DNA from: an uncultured Bacteroides sp.
GTDB taxonomy: Bacteria; Bacteroidota; Bacteroidia; Bacteroidales; Muribaculaceae
Length of the DNA: 60,762 nucleotides
Reading direction: 5' to 3'
Assembly (NCBI GenBank): GCA_964556785.1
Contig: CAZKXM010000001.1
Coordinates: forward strand, 1 to 60,762
The translations under genes and the position numbers were made by a program. The notes beneath the pieces are model-generated. The model was not told where the DNA came from and made no database searches. It was given only the letters and a program-made list of their open reading frames with translations. Numbering within the stretch: the first letter of the stretch is position 1; each line of letters starts with the position of its first letter. This document shows positions 46,872 to 56,781 of the stretch, in pieces.

Positions 46872-49800
46872 ATGGTTGTATTTTTCAAAAAAGGCGCCGG
46901 CCTGATAACTGCCGTCGAGACCGACCACAAACTCGATGCTTCGGAACTGGAACGCCTGTCGTGGCTCTTTGACGGAGCCAAACCTCTTTCCGGTAACCGG
47001 GTCAAGGGAACCTTCATCGGTCCGCGCCGCGAGATGATAACTCCGTGGAGCACCAACGCAGTAGAAATCACCCAGAACATGGGTTTGACGGGCATTTCGC
47101 GCATAGAGCGCTATGAGCTTTCGCGTGAGGAGGAACCCCGTCACGACAAAATGCTTGAGCGCGTTTATCACGATCTTGACCGCAACATCTTCAAGGTTGA
47201 CCGTGAGCCGGAGGAGATTGTGTATATCGACGACATCAGGGAATACAACCGCAGCGAGGGCCTCGCACTCAATCCCGACGAGGAGGAATATCTGCGCGGA
47301 CTTGCCGACCGTCTGGGCCGCAAGCTCACCGACAGCGAGGTGTTCGGTTTCTCGCAGGTGAATTCAGAGCACTGCCGCCACAAGATTTTCAACGGCACTT
47401 TCATTATCGACGGACAGGAGAAGCCGATGTCGCTGTTCAAAATGATCAAGAAGACATCGCAGGTCAACCCCAACACACTTGTCTCGGCCTACAAGGATAA
47501 TGTGGCCTTCGTGAAAGGCCCGAAGGTCGACATGTTCTATCCCGAGCATCCCGAGAGGCCCGACTTCTATAATGTCAAGCCGGTGAAGACTGTGCTCTCG
47601 CTCAAGGCTGAGACACACAACTTCCCCACAACTGTTGAGCCGTTTAACGGAGCGGCAACAGGCAGCGGCGGCGAAATCCGCGACCGTCTCGGCGGTGGCA
47701 AGGCATCGCTTCCGCTGGCAGGAACGGCGGTTTATATGACAGCTTACCCCCGCATGATGCCGGGACGCCGCTGGGAGATGATGATGAACCCGCGAGTGTG
47801 GCTCTATCAGACACCGTGCGACATCCTCATCAAGGCCTCGAACGGCGCAAGCGATTTCGGCAATAAATTCGGGCAGCCCCTGATCTGCGGCTCTCTGCTC
47901 ACTTTCGAACACGACGAAAACGGCAAACAGTTTGCCTACGATAAGGTGATAATGCTCGCCGGTGGCGTGGGCTACGCACTGGAGAAAGATGCAATCAAAG
48001 GCGTTCCCGAACCCGGACAGGCCGTGGTTGTGATGGGCGGCGATAACTATCGTATCGGTATGGGTGGAGGCGCAGTGTCGTCGGTCGAGACCGGCAGCTA
48101 CGACAACTCGATCGAGCTCAATGCCGTGCAGCGTGCCAATCCCGAGATGCAGAAGCGCGTCAGCAACGTGATCCGCGCCCTGGCCGAGAGCGACAACAAT
48201 CCCATCATATCGATCCACGACCATGGCGCTGGCGGCCACCTCAACTCTCTCTCCGAGCTGGTGGAGGAAACCGGCGGACACATCGATATGTCGGCCCTGC
48301 CTGTTGGCGACTCCACTCTGTCGGCAAAAGAGATTATCGGCAACGAGAGTCAGGAGCGCATGGGCATGGTGATCGGAAAGAGCGACACAGCGCTTGTTGA
48401 AGAAATCGCGGCACGCGAGCGTGCTCCGATGTATGTGGTGGGCGAAACCACCGGCGACAAGCGCTTTGTGTTCGAACAGGCCGACGGAGTTAAGCCTATC
48501 GACCTCGAACTGACCGACATGTTCGGCAATCCGCCCAAAACCGTGATGCGCGATGTCACAGTCAATGAAACATACAGTGACCCCGAATATACCGACGCCA
48601 ATATTGAAGACTATGTGCGCGACGTGCTGAGTCTTGAAGCAGTTGCCTGCAAGGACTGGCTCACCAATAAGGTTGACCGCTCCGTAACCGGCAAAATCGC
48701 CCGTCAGCAATGTCAGGGCGAGCTTCAGCTCCCGTTGAGCGACTGCGGCGTCGTGGCCCTCGACTATAACGGAAAAGCAGGTATCGCAACCTCGATTGGT
48801 CATGCCCCGCAAGCTGCGTTGGCCGACTCGGCACGCGGCTCGGTGCTCGCTATCGCCGAGGCTCTCACCAACATTGTGGGCGCTCCGATGACGGACGGGC
48901 TGCGCTCGGTGTCGCTCTCAGCCAACTGGATGTGGCCCTGCCGCAACGAGGGTCAGGACGCAGCGCTCTATCGCGCCGTGGAAGCCTGCTCTGAGTTTGC
49001 CTGCGCATTGGGAATCAATATTCCCACCGGCAAAGACTCGCTCTCGATGACGCAGAAATATGGCGACAAGAAGGTTTATGCGCCCGGCACAGTCATTATC
49101 TCGGCCGCAGGCGAGGTTCGCAACGTGCGCCGCGTTCTGTCGCCGGTTCTTGCGCGCAAGGCATCTACACTCTACTATGTCGACTTCTCGGGCGACAAGC
49201 TCGAACTCGGCGGCTCTGCATTCGCCCAGAGTATGTGCAAGGTTGGCAGCCGCGTGCCCACCGTCACCGATCCTTCGCAGTTCGTCAAGACATTCAACGC
49301 AATTCAGAAACTGGCGTTCAACCGTCAGATTCTGGCTGCTCACGATGTGTCGGCCGGTGGTCTGGTGACGACACTTCTCGAAATGACCTTCGCAAACACA
49401 GCCGGCGGTATCGATTTCACCACCGAAGGATTTGCCGCTATCGGCGAGCACGATCTTGTGAAGATTCTCTTTGCCGAAAATCCGGCTCTGGTGATTCAGG
49501 TTGCCGAAGACAAGCGCGAGCGCGTTGAGGCCGCTCTCAGCGAGGCAGGCACACGCTTCTTCGCCATCGGATCGCCGGCAGAGGAACGCCTGCTCACAAT
49601 CAAGCACGGCGACGATAACCTCCAGATGCTCGGCATCGACCATCTGCGCAACGTGTGGTTCTATCCCTCCTATCTCCTTGACTGCGAACAGAGCGGTGAA
49701 AAGCAGGCAGCTCTCCGCTATGAGAACTTCAAGAAACAGCCTCTGCGCTACCGAATCCCCGCCGCCTTCAAGGGCTCTGTCGAAGGGCTCGGCGCAAAGC

Positions 49801-50561
49801 GCACGGGTGTGAAGGCCGCCATTATCCGCGAAAAGGGCACCAACGGTGACCGCGAGATGGCCTATTCGCTCTATCTAGCCGGATTTGACGTGAAGGATGT
49901 CCACATGTCTGACCTTATGAGCGGGCGCGAAACCCTCGAGGATGTCAACATGATTGTGTTCTGCGGCGGTTTCTCCAACTCTGATGTGCTCGGTTCGGCT
50001 AAAGGATGGGCCGGTGCGTTCCTCTGGAACGACAATGCGCGCCGCGCCCTCGAGAACTACTATAAACGCACCGACACCCTCTCGCTCGGTATATGCAACG
50101 GTTGCCAGCTGATGGTTGAACTTGACCTTATCAATCCTTGCCACTCCAAGAAAGCATCGATGACCCACAACGTAAGCCATAAGTTTGAATCGCAGTTCTT
50201 AGGCCTCACCATTCCTGAAAACAACTCGGTGATGCTCGGATCGCTGTCGGGAATGAAGCTGGGCATCTGGGTTGCGCACGGCGAGGGACGGTTTGAGCTG
50301 CCGATGGCTCTGAGCGAATATAATGTCGTGGCCAAGTACAGCTATGCCGCCTATCCGGGCAATCCCAACGGCTCGCGCGGTGCCGTGGCGGGTATCTGTT
50401 CAGACGACGGTCGCCATCTTGCAATGATGCCTCACCTTGAGCGTGCCATCTTCCCCTGGCAGTGCGGCTTCTATCCGGCCAACCGCCGCAATGAGGAAGT
50501 GACTCCCTGGTTCAGCGCTTTTGTCAACGCACGCCGCTGGATCGAAGAACACACAAAGTAA
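46872..50561 (+). CDS. purL: phosphoribosylformylglycinamidine synthase (single-chain, large form)
   Basis: About 1229 aa, with FGAM synthetase domains and a C-terminal glutaminase (..GICNGCQ.., ..HGEGRF..). I chose ATG 46872 because the track extension from 46782 runs through the promoter. Confidence 0.93.
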   Translation: MVVFFKKGAGLITAVETDHKLDASELERLSWLFDGAKPLSGNRVKGTFIGPRREMITPWSTNAVEITQNMGLTGISRIERYELSREEEPRHDKMLERVYHDLDRNIFKVDREPEEIVYIDDIREYNRSEGLALNPDEEEYLRGLADRLGRKLTDSEVFGFSQVNSEHCRHKIFNGTFIIDGQEKPMSLFKMIKKTSQVNPNTLVSAYKDNVAFVKGPKVDMFYPEHPERPDFYNVKPVKTVLSLKAETHNFPTTVEPFNGAATGSGGEIRDRLGGGKASLPLAGTAVYMTAYPRMMPGRRWEMMMNPRVWLYQTPCDILIKASNGASDFGNKFGQPLICGSLLTFEHDENGKQFAYDKVIMLAGGVGYALEKDAIKGVPEPGQAVVVMGGDNYRIGMGGGAVSSVETGSYDNSIELNAVQRANPEMQKRVSNVIRALAESDNNPIISIHDHGAGGHLNSLSELVEETGGHIDMSALPVGDSTLSAKEIIGNESQERMGMVIGKSDTALVEEIAARERAPMYVVGETTGDKRFVFEQADGVKPIDLELTDMFGNPPKTVMRDVTVNETYSDPEYTDANIEDYVRDVLSLEAVACKDWLTNKVDRSVTGKIARQQCQGELQLPLSDCGVVALDYNGKAGIATSIGHAPQAALADSARGSVLAIAEALTNIVGAPMTDGLRSVSLSANWMWPCRNEGQDAALYRAVEACSEFACALGINIPTGKDSLSMTQKYGDKKVYAPGTVIISAAGEVRNVRRVLSPVLARKASTLYYVDFSGDKLELGGSAFAQSMCKVGSRVPTVTDPSQFVKTFNAIQKLAFNRQILAAHDVSAGGLVTTLLEMTFANTAGGIDFTTEGFAAIGEHDLVKILFAENPALVIQVAEDKRERVEAALSEAGTRFFAIGSPAEERLLTIKHGDDNLQMLGIDHLRNVWFYPSYLLDCEQSGEKQAALRYENFKKQPLRYRIPAAFKGSVEGLGAKRTGVKAAIIREKGTNGDREMAYSLYLAGFDVKDVHMSDLMSGRETLEDVNMIVFCGGFSNSDVLGSAKGWAGAFLWNDNARRALENYYKRTDTLSLGICNGCQLMVELDLINPCHSKKASMTHNVSHKFESQFLGLTIPENNSVMLGSLSGMKLGIWVAHGEGRFELPMALSEYNVVAKYSYAAYPGNPNGSRGAVAGICSDDGRHLAMMPHLERAIFPWQCGFYPANRRNEEVTPWFSAFVNARRWIEEHTK

Positions 50562-50587
50562 GATCCAACTGATCACGCATACATAAA

Positions 50588-50627
50588 AGAATCAGCGCCG
50601 GTGTCACGAGCAACCGGCGCTGATTCT
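50588..50627. terminator. bidirectional terminator between purL and the DAACS gene
   Basis: Perfect 15-bp stem agaatcagcgccggt / accggcgctgattct, followed by ttattc. Confidence 0.8.
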
Positions 50628-50650
50628 TTATTCTGACGGCGGATGGCGTT

Positions 50651-51859
50651 CTACTTCTGCCCTACCGCCTTAGCTGTTATGGCACACACGCATGAGTCCG
50701 ACCACACATTCTCTGCAGTCTCAATCATGTCGATAACCGTGTAGATCGGCAAAATTATACCCATGATGGTGATGTTGGCACCAATGCCCGACATCAGCGA
50801 GAGCGTAAGGAAATAGCATCCCATAGGCACTCCTGCATTGCCGAATGCCGACAGAACCGAGATCAGCACCCAGACGCAGATCGATGCCCACGATAGATCC
50901 ATGCCGTTGTTCTGCATCACAAACATCGATGTCACCAGAATGAAGGCTGCGCATCCGTTCATATTGACCGTCGTGCAGATCGGTAGCACGAACCGCGCCA
51001 CTTTCGGACTGATGTTGAGTCGCTCCTCAGCACACCGGATAGTAACAGGAAGCGTGGCAGCCGAACTCTTGGTGAACAGTGCCATCAGCACGGCCTGTCC
51101 CATTCCGGCCAAGGTTTTGATCGGGTTCAAACCCTTGGCGAGCAAGAACAGAGGCAACACGACGAAGAACTGCAGACAGTTACCGGCGATGATCACCACC
51201 ACATACTTTCCGAGCGAGTCGAGCATGGTGCTTCCGCCAACCTCCGCAACGAGCTGGGCAGCAAAAGCTACAATACCGATTGGCAACGTGGCTATGAGCC
51301 AGCGTATGAGAAGATACAGAAGTTCCTGAAGCCCTTCGAGACCTTTGATCACGGTGGTTTTTGCATCGCTTGCGGGAAGTTTCGACAGGCCTATGCCGAC
51401 TGCGAAGCAGATCAGCAACAGTGCCAGCACATTGCCGTCGAGAAGCGGACGCACGATATTGTCGGGTATCACCGACAGAATATGGTCGGCATACGAAAAG
51501 TGTGCCGCTGCTTCAGCTCCTTCAGGTGCATTTTCAGCCCCGATCACACTTGCCGGGAGATTTCCGGGAGCTATGAGCTGATAGAGACCGAGAGCCACAA
51601 TGGCGGCCGAGAATGTGGTCAGCAAGGTGTAGGTCAGCGTGGTGCGGAACATCCGGCCCATCTCCTTTCCTCCGCCAAGCGAGGCGAGAGTGGTTATGAC
51701 CGCGAGCACGATTGTCGGTACGGCCAGCAGACGGAAAAGGCGCGTGTAGACCGTGGCGATAAAATTCATCACCGCATCCACCACTCCGTTGTGAAGGAGT
51801 CCGATTCCGGCGCCGACAATCATCGCCCCGAACCAGAGCAGCATTTGTGAACGTTTCAT
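50651..51859 (-). CDS. dicarboxylate/amino acid:cation symporter (DAACS family)
   Basis: 402 aa, polytopic, with ..SSAATLP.. and ..NMNG..-type motifs. Confidence 0.8.
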   Translation of the reverse strand: MKRSQMLLWFGAMIVGAGIGLLHNGVVDAVMNFIATVYTRLFRLLAVPTIVLAVITTLASLGGGKEMGRMFRTTLTYTLLTTFSAAIVALGLYQLIAPGNLPASVIGAENAPEGAEAAAHFSYADHILSVIPDNIVRPLLDGNVLALLLICFAVGIGLSKLPASDAKTTVIKGLEGLQELLYLLIRWLIATLPIGIVAFAAQLVAEVGGSTMLDSLGKYVVVIIAGNCLQFFVVLPLFLLAKGLNPIKTLAGMGQAVLMALFTKSSAATLPVTIRCAEERLNISPKVARFVLPICTTVNMNGCAAFILVTSMFVMQNNGMDLSWASICVWVLISVLSAFGNAGVPMGCYFLTLSLMSGIGANITIMGIILPIYTVIDMIETAENVWSDSCVCAITAKAVGQK

Positions 51860-52458
51860 TATCGTTTAGCCTTAAATTCTTTCAATGCGGTCCAAAGTCT
51901 GTGGACCGGGAGCCCCATCACGTTATAGAAACTGCCGTTGATGCTCCTGATACCGATTGCTCCTATCCACTCCTGAATGCCATAAGCGCCGGCTTTGTCA
52001 AGCGGACGGCAACGGTCGACATAGTGCGCGATTTCAGCCTCGCTGAGTTCGGCAAACTCAACCGTCGACGGAACGCTGAAGCTTTCAGAATTATCAAGAG
52101 TGCAGATGGTTACTCCTGACACCACTGTGTGCTTTCTCCCCGAGAGCAGAGCCAGCATGCGCCGCGCGTCGGCTTCATCATGGGGCTTGCCGATAACCTG
52201 ACCGTCGACAATCACTATCGTGTCGGCCGTAATGAAGAGATCATTCCTGCCCATTATGCTGCGATAAGCATCGGCCTTGAGCCGCGACAGAAATTCAGGC
52301 ACTTTCTCAGCCTCAAGTTCAGGAGGATAAACCTCGTCAATCTCAATCTTGGGAGCAAGCGAGAACGGAATGTCGAGCAGCTCCATCAGCTCGCGTCGGC
52401 GAGGCGAGCCGCTTGCGAGAGTTATGTGATAGTCTTTTAGATTTTCAAGAAATTCCAT
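51859..52458 (-). CDS. maf: Maf-family nucleoside-triphosphate pyrophosphatase
   Basis: ..LASGSPRRREL.., ..KAGAYGIQ.. Confidence 0.9.
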   Translation of the reverse strand: MEFLENLKDYHITLASGSPRRRELMELLDIPFSLAPKIEIDEVYPPELEAEKVPEFLSRLKADAYRSIMGRNDLFITADTIVIVDGQVIGKPHDEADARRMLALLSGRKHTVVSGVTICTLDNSESFSVPSTVEFAELSEAEIAHYVDRCRPLDKAGAYGIQEWIGAIGIRSINGSFYNVMGLPVHRLWTALKEFKAKR

Positions 52459-52483
52459 GTCCTAAAAGAATAATGTCGGTTAT

Positions 52484-53002
52484 CTACCATCCGAAAGCAT
52501 CTGAGTGTGACATCCAGAGGCCTTTAGCCTTCAGTATCTGCTCAAGCACATCGCGCCCAACTCCGTAGCCCCCGGCAGCAGGAGATATATAACGGGCCGA
52601 TTCCTTGGCTTCGACAGCCGCATCGGCGGGAGCCACGGCGAGCCCCACGGCACGCATCGATGGAATATCAGGGATATCGTCGCCCACGTATGCAACCTCA
52701 TCGGGCTTCAGGGCATTATCCGCCATCCACTGCTGCAACACCGGAAGCTTTTCAGAGGCACGAAGAAATATATCTGTAAGCCCAAGTCCGCTAAACCTCA
52801 CCCTGACGGCTTCGCTGTCACCACCGGTTATGATTGCGAGCTTCAGTCCTTTCTTCACCGCATGCTGCAACGCGTAGCCATCCTTGATATTGACCATTCG
52901 CAGCGGTTCGCCCGAAGCACTCATCGGGATGGTTGACGGTGACAGGACACCGTCAACGTCAAACACCACGCCCTTGATTTTCGTCAGATCGTATGGAATC
53001 AT
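52484..53002 (-). CDS. kdsC: KDO 8-phosphate phosphatase (HAD-IIIA)
   Basis: ..VVFDVDGVLS.., ..YVGDDIPD... The canonical N-terminus MIPYDLTKIK is at ATG 53002. Confidence 0.85.
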   Translation of the reverse strand: MIPYDLTKIKGVVFDVDGVLSPSTIPMSASGEPLRMVNIKDGYALQHAVKKGLKLAIITGGDSEAVRVRFSGLGLTDIFLRASEKLPVLQQWMADNALKPDEVAYVGDDIPDIPSMRAVGLAVAPADAAVEAKESARYISPAAGGYGVGRDVLEQILKAKGLWMSHSDAFGW

Positions 53003-53780
53003 ATCGTTTGCAGATTGAGCGCGAAAGCATTTCGTAAATAGCCGCACGGTCGGGAGTGAGCTCCGACAGGTGTGCGTCCATCACCCTCTTGTCACCCCTG
53101 CGTGCAGGTCCCGTCTGTCCATCGGCCGGATGTCCGCTGAGAGCCTTGCGGAGCGTCTCGTCGAGTAACGGACCGAGCACGCTGAAATCAAGGTCTGCTT
53201 CAGTGAGAATATCGTCGGCGATTGCCCACAGGTGGTTGGTGAAATTACAACCGAACACCGCCGCGATATGCAGTTTCCGCCGCAGGGAGCTGTCGGCCGC
53301 ATAGATACGGCTGGAAATGCTGCCGGCAAGCCTGTTCAGTAAATCTATAGTCATTTTGTCAGACCCCTCGACAAAGAGCGGCACTTCCGAAATATCAACC
53401 CGGTGTCTTTTCGAGAATGTCTGCAGCGGATAAAGCACCCCGAAATGTGGCGAAAGCGGCTCCAGAACTGTTACCGGAACCGATCCTGATGTGTGGGCCC
53501 ACACACTCTTTTCATTGCGCGGCAACGTTGCAGCGAGCTGAGCGAGCGAATCATCACTAACAGCAAGGATATATAGGTCGGCATCAGGGGTCAGTGCCGA
53601 CGGATTGTCAATGGCATCGGCATGCGCGAGCATCGACGCAAGCGCATGGGCATTGTCGATCTTGCGGCTCAGAACCTGAATCACGCTGAAGCCCTGGGTA
53701 GCATCGATGGCTGGCGCGAGCGACTCGGCCACTCCGCCCGAACCGATAAAGGCTACCCTTATATCGCCTGACTCAGGCAT
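52959..53780 (-). CDS. Rossmann-fold / DUF2520 domain protein (ProC-like)
   Basis: It has the Rossmann motif VAFIGSGGVAE and a C-terminal ..GQTGPARRGD.. typical of DUF2520 (by recollection). It starts at MPESGD (ATG 53780) and overlaps kdsC by 44 nt. Confidence 0.7.
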   Translation of the reverse strand: MPESGDIRVAFIGSGGVAESLAPAIDATQGFSVIQVLSRKIDNAHALASMLAHADAIDNPSALTPDADLYILAVSDDSLAQLAATLPRNEKSVWAHTSGSVPVTVLEPLSPHFGVLYPLQTFSKRHRVDISEVPLFVEGSDKMTIDLLNRLAGSISSRIYAADSSLRRKLHIAAVFGCNFTNHLWAIADDILTEADLDFSVLGPLLDETLRKALSGHPADGQTGPARRGDKRVMDAHLSELTPDRAAIYEMLSRSICKRYDSIRSDENQGRGV

Positions 53781-54312
53781 CCTGGCGATAGGTGCCGATA
53801 TGAACTTTCTCCCAAAGCAACTTGTCAGGATCGACCGGCTTGCGGTTTTCGTCGGGATGGCCCAGTGTGACAATACACATAGGGTTGAGCGATTCGGGGA
53901 TATTGAGCGCGTCTCTGACAAACTCCTCGGCCGGATAGCCTTCGGCGCCGAATCGGCCTCTCACTTCAACCCAGCAAGCTCCCAATCCAAGAGCGGCAGC
54001 CTGGAGGAGCATGAAGCTCGCGGCAACCGAGCCGTCTTCAATCCACGCCTCCGATTTCTGAGGATCCATACACACCACAACTGCCATCACGCAGTTCTTT
54101 ACCGGCACCGTGCCTCCTGTCTTGCAGTCGGCAAGCCGGGTGAGCATATCCTTGTCCTCAACCACCACAAACTCCCAAGCGCGGCTGCTCTTTGAGCAAG
54201 GAGCGAGCAATGCAGCTTCGAGAATCAGCTTGACATGTTCGGGATCGATCGGCTGATCGGTGTAACGGCGAATTGAATGACGCTCAAGGAGCATCTGATG
54301 AAAGTCTTTCAT
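53773..54312 (-). CDS. nitroreductase family protein
   Basis: ..LLERHSIRRYTD.. and a nitroreductase fold. It starts at MKDFHQ (ATG 54312). Confidence 0.85.
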   Translation of the reverse strand: MKDFHQMLLERHSIRRYTDQPIDPEHVKLILEAALLAPCSKSSRAWEFVVVEDKDMLTRLADCKTGGTVPVKNCVMAVVVCMDPQKSEAWIEDGSVAASFMLLQAAALGLGACWVEVRGRFGAEGYPAEEFVRDALNIPESLNPMCIVTLGHPDENRKPVDPDKLLWEKVHIGTYRQDA

Positions 54313-54331
54313 TGTCAGTGAGGATGAATGG

Positions 54332-55318
54332 TTATCGGGCACACACCCAGGCATCGGGATAGCGGCTCTTTATAGAGTTTGACTTCGCCACGGCCCCTTC
54401 GAATGTCGGCGCGCCGGCGGCATAGACCCTGTAGCGCCCCTGATTGACGACAATCCTGAGCGAATTATCGCCCTGCGAAGCGATGAATTTCTTGGCAAGC
54501 CGTTCACTTGGAAGCGAGGCCACAACCACACAGTAGTCCGGAACCTGAGCGAGCGATGCATCGGCATTTCCTGATGTGACAGGCTTCGATATATCGGTTA
54601 CCGACACCGTGGCGTCGGGATCGTCGGGCATAGCGATGCAAAGCTCGGTGGCAGCCTCGATATCATCTGTCAGAATCTCTACAGGACGCGAAGGATTTGC
54701 CGGCGACATCGACGCAAAGTCAATGTGACCGCCCCCTTGCGGAACCAGCGAGCTGTCGGTAGCCGCGAAGCCTGCTGCGAGGAACACTGCGACAGATGCG
54801 GCGACACGTATAAACAAAGGAACGCGCTTACGGCGACGTGGCGCCACGTCGCCAGCAAGCTCAGTGTCGGGCATCGCGGCGTCTGCCACGGCGGCTTGCG
54901 CCTCTAACCCATCGAGCTCGGGAAGCGCCGCGTAGGCTACGTTTGACATAGTGTCGGCCGCAGGCTCGAACAGAGGAGTGGCTCCTGAGGCGGCGCGGCT
55001 GAAACGCCCGATTCTGGGGATAATCAACTCACCGTCGAGATCGAGCTGATGACGGAGCGAATCCATCTCCATCTCAACAGCCTCGGCGGCTTTGACATAG
55101 GGGATGCGCTCTTTGCGGCTCACACTCGATGCCAGAAGCCCGTCGGTTACATTGATCGTCGCATTAAACGTAAGTTCGCGCCGCGGCGGCAGATAGGTCG
55201 ATCTGACGGAATCAAAATGAGCAGGCACGCGGCGCGAAATCAGCGCCCCGAGGCCCGGCATGATCACGCAGTCGTGCCGCGAAATCAGATAGGCAATATG
55301 TTCCGTGAGATTGATCAT
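54332..55318 (-). CDS. HU-like N-terminal domain + SPOR domain protein
   Basis: The N-terminal MINLTEHIAYLISRHDCVIMPGLGAL.. is HU/CCDC81-type. It has a central TM segment and a C-terminal SPOR-like ..YCVVVASLPSERLAKKF....YRVYAG... The track extension to 55636 is rejected. Confidence 0.75.
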   Translation of the reverse strand: MINLTEHIAYLISRHDCVIMPGLGALISRRVPAHFDSVRSTYLPPRRELTFNATINVTDGLLASSVSRKERIPYVKAAEAVEMEMDSLRHQLDLDGELIIPRIGRFSRAASGATPLFEPAADTMSNVAYAALPELDGLEAQAAVADAAMPDTELAGDVAPRRRKRVPLFIRVAASVAVFLAAGFAATDSSLVPQGGGHIDFASMSPANPSRPVEILTDDIEAATELCIAMPDDPDATVSVTDISKPVTSGNADASLAQVPDYCVVVASLPSERLAKKFIASQGDNSLRIVVNQGRYRVYAAGAPTFEGAVAKSNSIKSRYPDAWVCAR

Positions 55319-55326
55319 ATCTGTGG

Positions 55327-55334
55327 CAAAGTTA
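55327..55334 (-). promoter_or_regulatory. -7 box (TAACTTTG on minus strand) for the SPOR operon (near-leaderless)
   Basis: Only 8 nt separate the box from ATG 55318. Confidence 0.45.
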
Positions 55335-55395
55335 GCAAAAAATTCCATTGGCGGCAAAATCCTTCGCCGAATTTGCAGTTGCGAAAAAAATGTGT

Positions 55396-55403
55396 TAATT
55401 TTG
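55396..55403 (+). promoter_or_regulatory. -7 box TAATTTTG for the YtxH genes
   Basis: It lies about 80 nt upstream of ATG 55485. Confidence 0.4.
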
Positions 55404-55484
55404 GAAGCAGCAACCGAACCAAACCGCCCTGAAGGTTGTTGGAAGATAAAACCGAAAATTATTTCGAAAAAATTCAATATAGTT

Positions 55485-55685
55485 ATGAAAGCATTAAACG
55501 TTGTTTTAGCAGTTATCGGCGGTGCCGTTGCCGGCGCCACAGTTGGTCTTCTCCTCGCTCCCGAAAAGGGTGAAAAAACCCGTGAGGACATCGTTGAATT
55601 CCTCAAGAGCAAGGGTGTGAAGCTCCGCAAGAGCAAAATCGAAGAACTCGCCGACGAGATCGCCGAAGAAATGGAAAACCGCTGA
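55485..55685 (+). CDS. YtxH domain small membrane-anchored protein (copy 1)
   Basis: MKALNVVLAVIGGAVAGATVGLLLAPEKGEKTRED.. is the YtxH signature. Confidence 0.8.
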   Translation: MKALNVVLAVIGGAVAGATVGLLLAPEKGEKTREDIVEFLKSKGVKLRKSKIEELADEIAEEMENR

Positions 55686-55754
55686 TCATTTGATCATCCG
55701 GCTTAATGAATTCTCATTCTCCCTCCCCTCCCTAATTTTCAAAATTCTTCAGAA

Positions 55755-55952
55755 ATGAACAACCTCACACTGCTTTATGCATTTCTTGGCGGTGCCATCG
55801 TAGGTGCCGGAGCCGCAATCCTCTTCGCTCCCGAGAAGGGCGAGGATGTCAGAGCACGCATCAAGGCAATCCTTCGCAAGAAAGGCATCTGCTGCAGCGA
55901 CACAGAGATCGACGCTCTTGTTGAGCAACTCACAACCGAGCTCGACGACTGA
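55755..55952 (+). CDS. YtxH domain small membrane-anchored protein (copy 2)
   Basis: ..FLGGAIVGAGAAILFAPEKGEDVRARI.., a paralogue of the preceding gene. Confidence 0.8.
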   Translation: MNNLTLLYAFLGGAIVGAGAAILFAPEKGEDVRARIKAILRKKGICCSDTEIDALVEQLTTELDD

Positions 55953-56023
55953 TCACACTCTCTCGTCAGCGATCGCTGCCGCCAGGGTTACAATCCTGCG
56001 TGCCGGCGGTTTGACAAGCGGCA

Positions 56024-56060
56024 CCGGAAGCGCATCAGTCACTTCCGGCGATCGTTTTTA
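56024..56060 (+). terminator. weak hairpin + T-run after YtxH copy 2
   Basis: 7-bp stem ccggaag / cttccgg (56024-30 / 56042-48), followed by cgatcgttttta. Confidence 0.45.
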
Positions 56061-56093
56061 TCCAAAAGTTAACATCATACAGATCTTCACGTT

Positions 56094-56429
56094 ATGGCCG
56101 AAGAAACATCAATAAAGTCATTATGGAACGAGCTTAAACGCTATCTCGAGCTCAACATCGAGTATGCCAAGCTCACCGGCGCTGAAAAGGTGACCCTCCT
56201 CCTCACAGCCATGGCCACGGTGGCAGTGATAGGAGTGCTGGGCATACTGATCTTTTTCTTTGTGTCGATAGCATGCGTTCACTGGCTCGGAAACGTTATG
56301 AACATCGCCATCGCCTATTCAATCATGGCAGGTGTCTATGTGCTGCTCCTTGTTGTGGCTCTCGTGTTCCGCCGCCTGCTTATCATCAATCCCATAGCAA
56401 AATTCATTTCGCGCCTTTTTCTGCGCTGA
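56094..56429 (+). CDS. phage-holin-family-like (Holin-X type) two-TM membrane protein
   Basis: An amphipathic N-terminus (..LKRYLELNIEYAKL..) is followed by two long hydrophobic helices. This is the usual partner of YtxH genes in Bacteroidales (by recollection). Confidence 0.65.
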   Translation: MAEETSIKSLWNELKRYLELNIEYAKLTGAEKVTLLLTAMATVAVIGVLGILIFFFVSIACVHWLGNVMNIAIAYSIMAGVYVLLLVVALVFRRLLIINPIAKFISRLFLR

Positions 56430-56444
56430 TAATTCACACGACTT

Positions 56445-56741
56445 ATGGCAAACGAAAAGAACCTCGTCAGCGAACAGCCTCAAAAAGAGGAGAAATGGAA
56501 CGGTTACACCCTCGAAGACCTGCGTTACCGCAGAGCCTATGTAGCCGCCAGGCTTGAGCTTGAGAAAGAACGGCTTAACCACAATGCCGGAGCGATGCGC
56601 AAAGGAGTGAAAAACTCTGCCAACGGAGTTGTGCGCCGCGTCACATCGGCCGTGCCGTTTTTCGAATATGGCATAATGGCCTATTCCGTTGGGTCGAAGC
56701 TGTTCAGAGTGCTGGGAAAATTCCGCAGGAAAAAGAAATAA
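56445..56741 (+). CDS. hypothetical basic protein, third member of the YtxH/holin-like cluster
   Basis: 98 aa with a coiled-coil-like N-terminal part, one hydrophobic segment (..VPFFEYGIMAYSVGSKLF..) and a basic tail. Confidence 0.55.
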   Translation: MANEKNLVSEQPQKEEKWNGYTLEDLRYRRAYVAARLELEKERLNHNAGAMRKGVKNSANGVVRRVTSAVPFFEYGIMAYSVGSKLFRVLGKFRRKKK

Positions 56742-56747
56742 AATTCG

Positions 56748-56755
56748 TAACTTTG
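56748..56755 (+). promoter_or_regulatory. -7 box TAACTTTG for prmA
   Basis: It lies 26 nt upstream of ATG 56782. Confidence 0.45.
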
Positions 56756-56781
56756 CCCGTAGAACCCCCAAACAGGCATAA

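Noticed and set aside
47364-48812. A 482-aa ORF antisense to purL, the longest unexplained ORF in the track.
   Set aside because: It has the same shadow-frame explanation. The purL identity on the opposite strand is unambiguous, and the antisense product has no domain-like features.
53781-53921. Upstream extensions of track ORFs: DUF2520 to 53921, kdsC to 53047, nitroreductase to 54354, the SPOR gene to 55636, lipoprotein to 8102, purL to 46782 and purM to 25736.
   Set aside because: In each case a canonical family N-terminus, signal peptide or promoter box lies at an internal ATG. The extensions overlap the upstream gene or promoter and start at GTG/TTG or at poor contexts.
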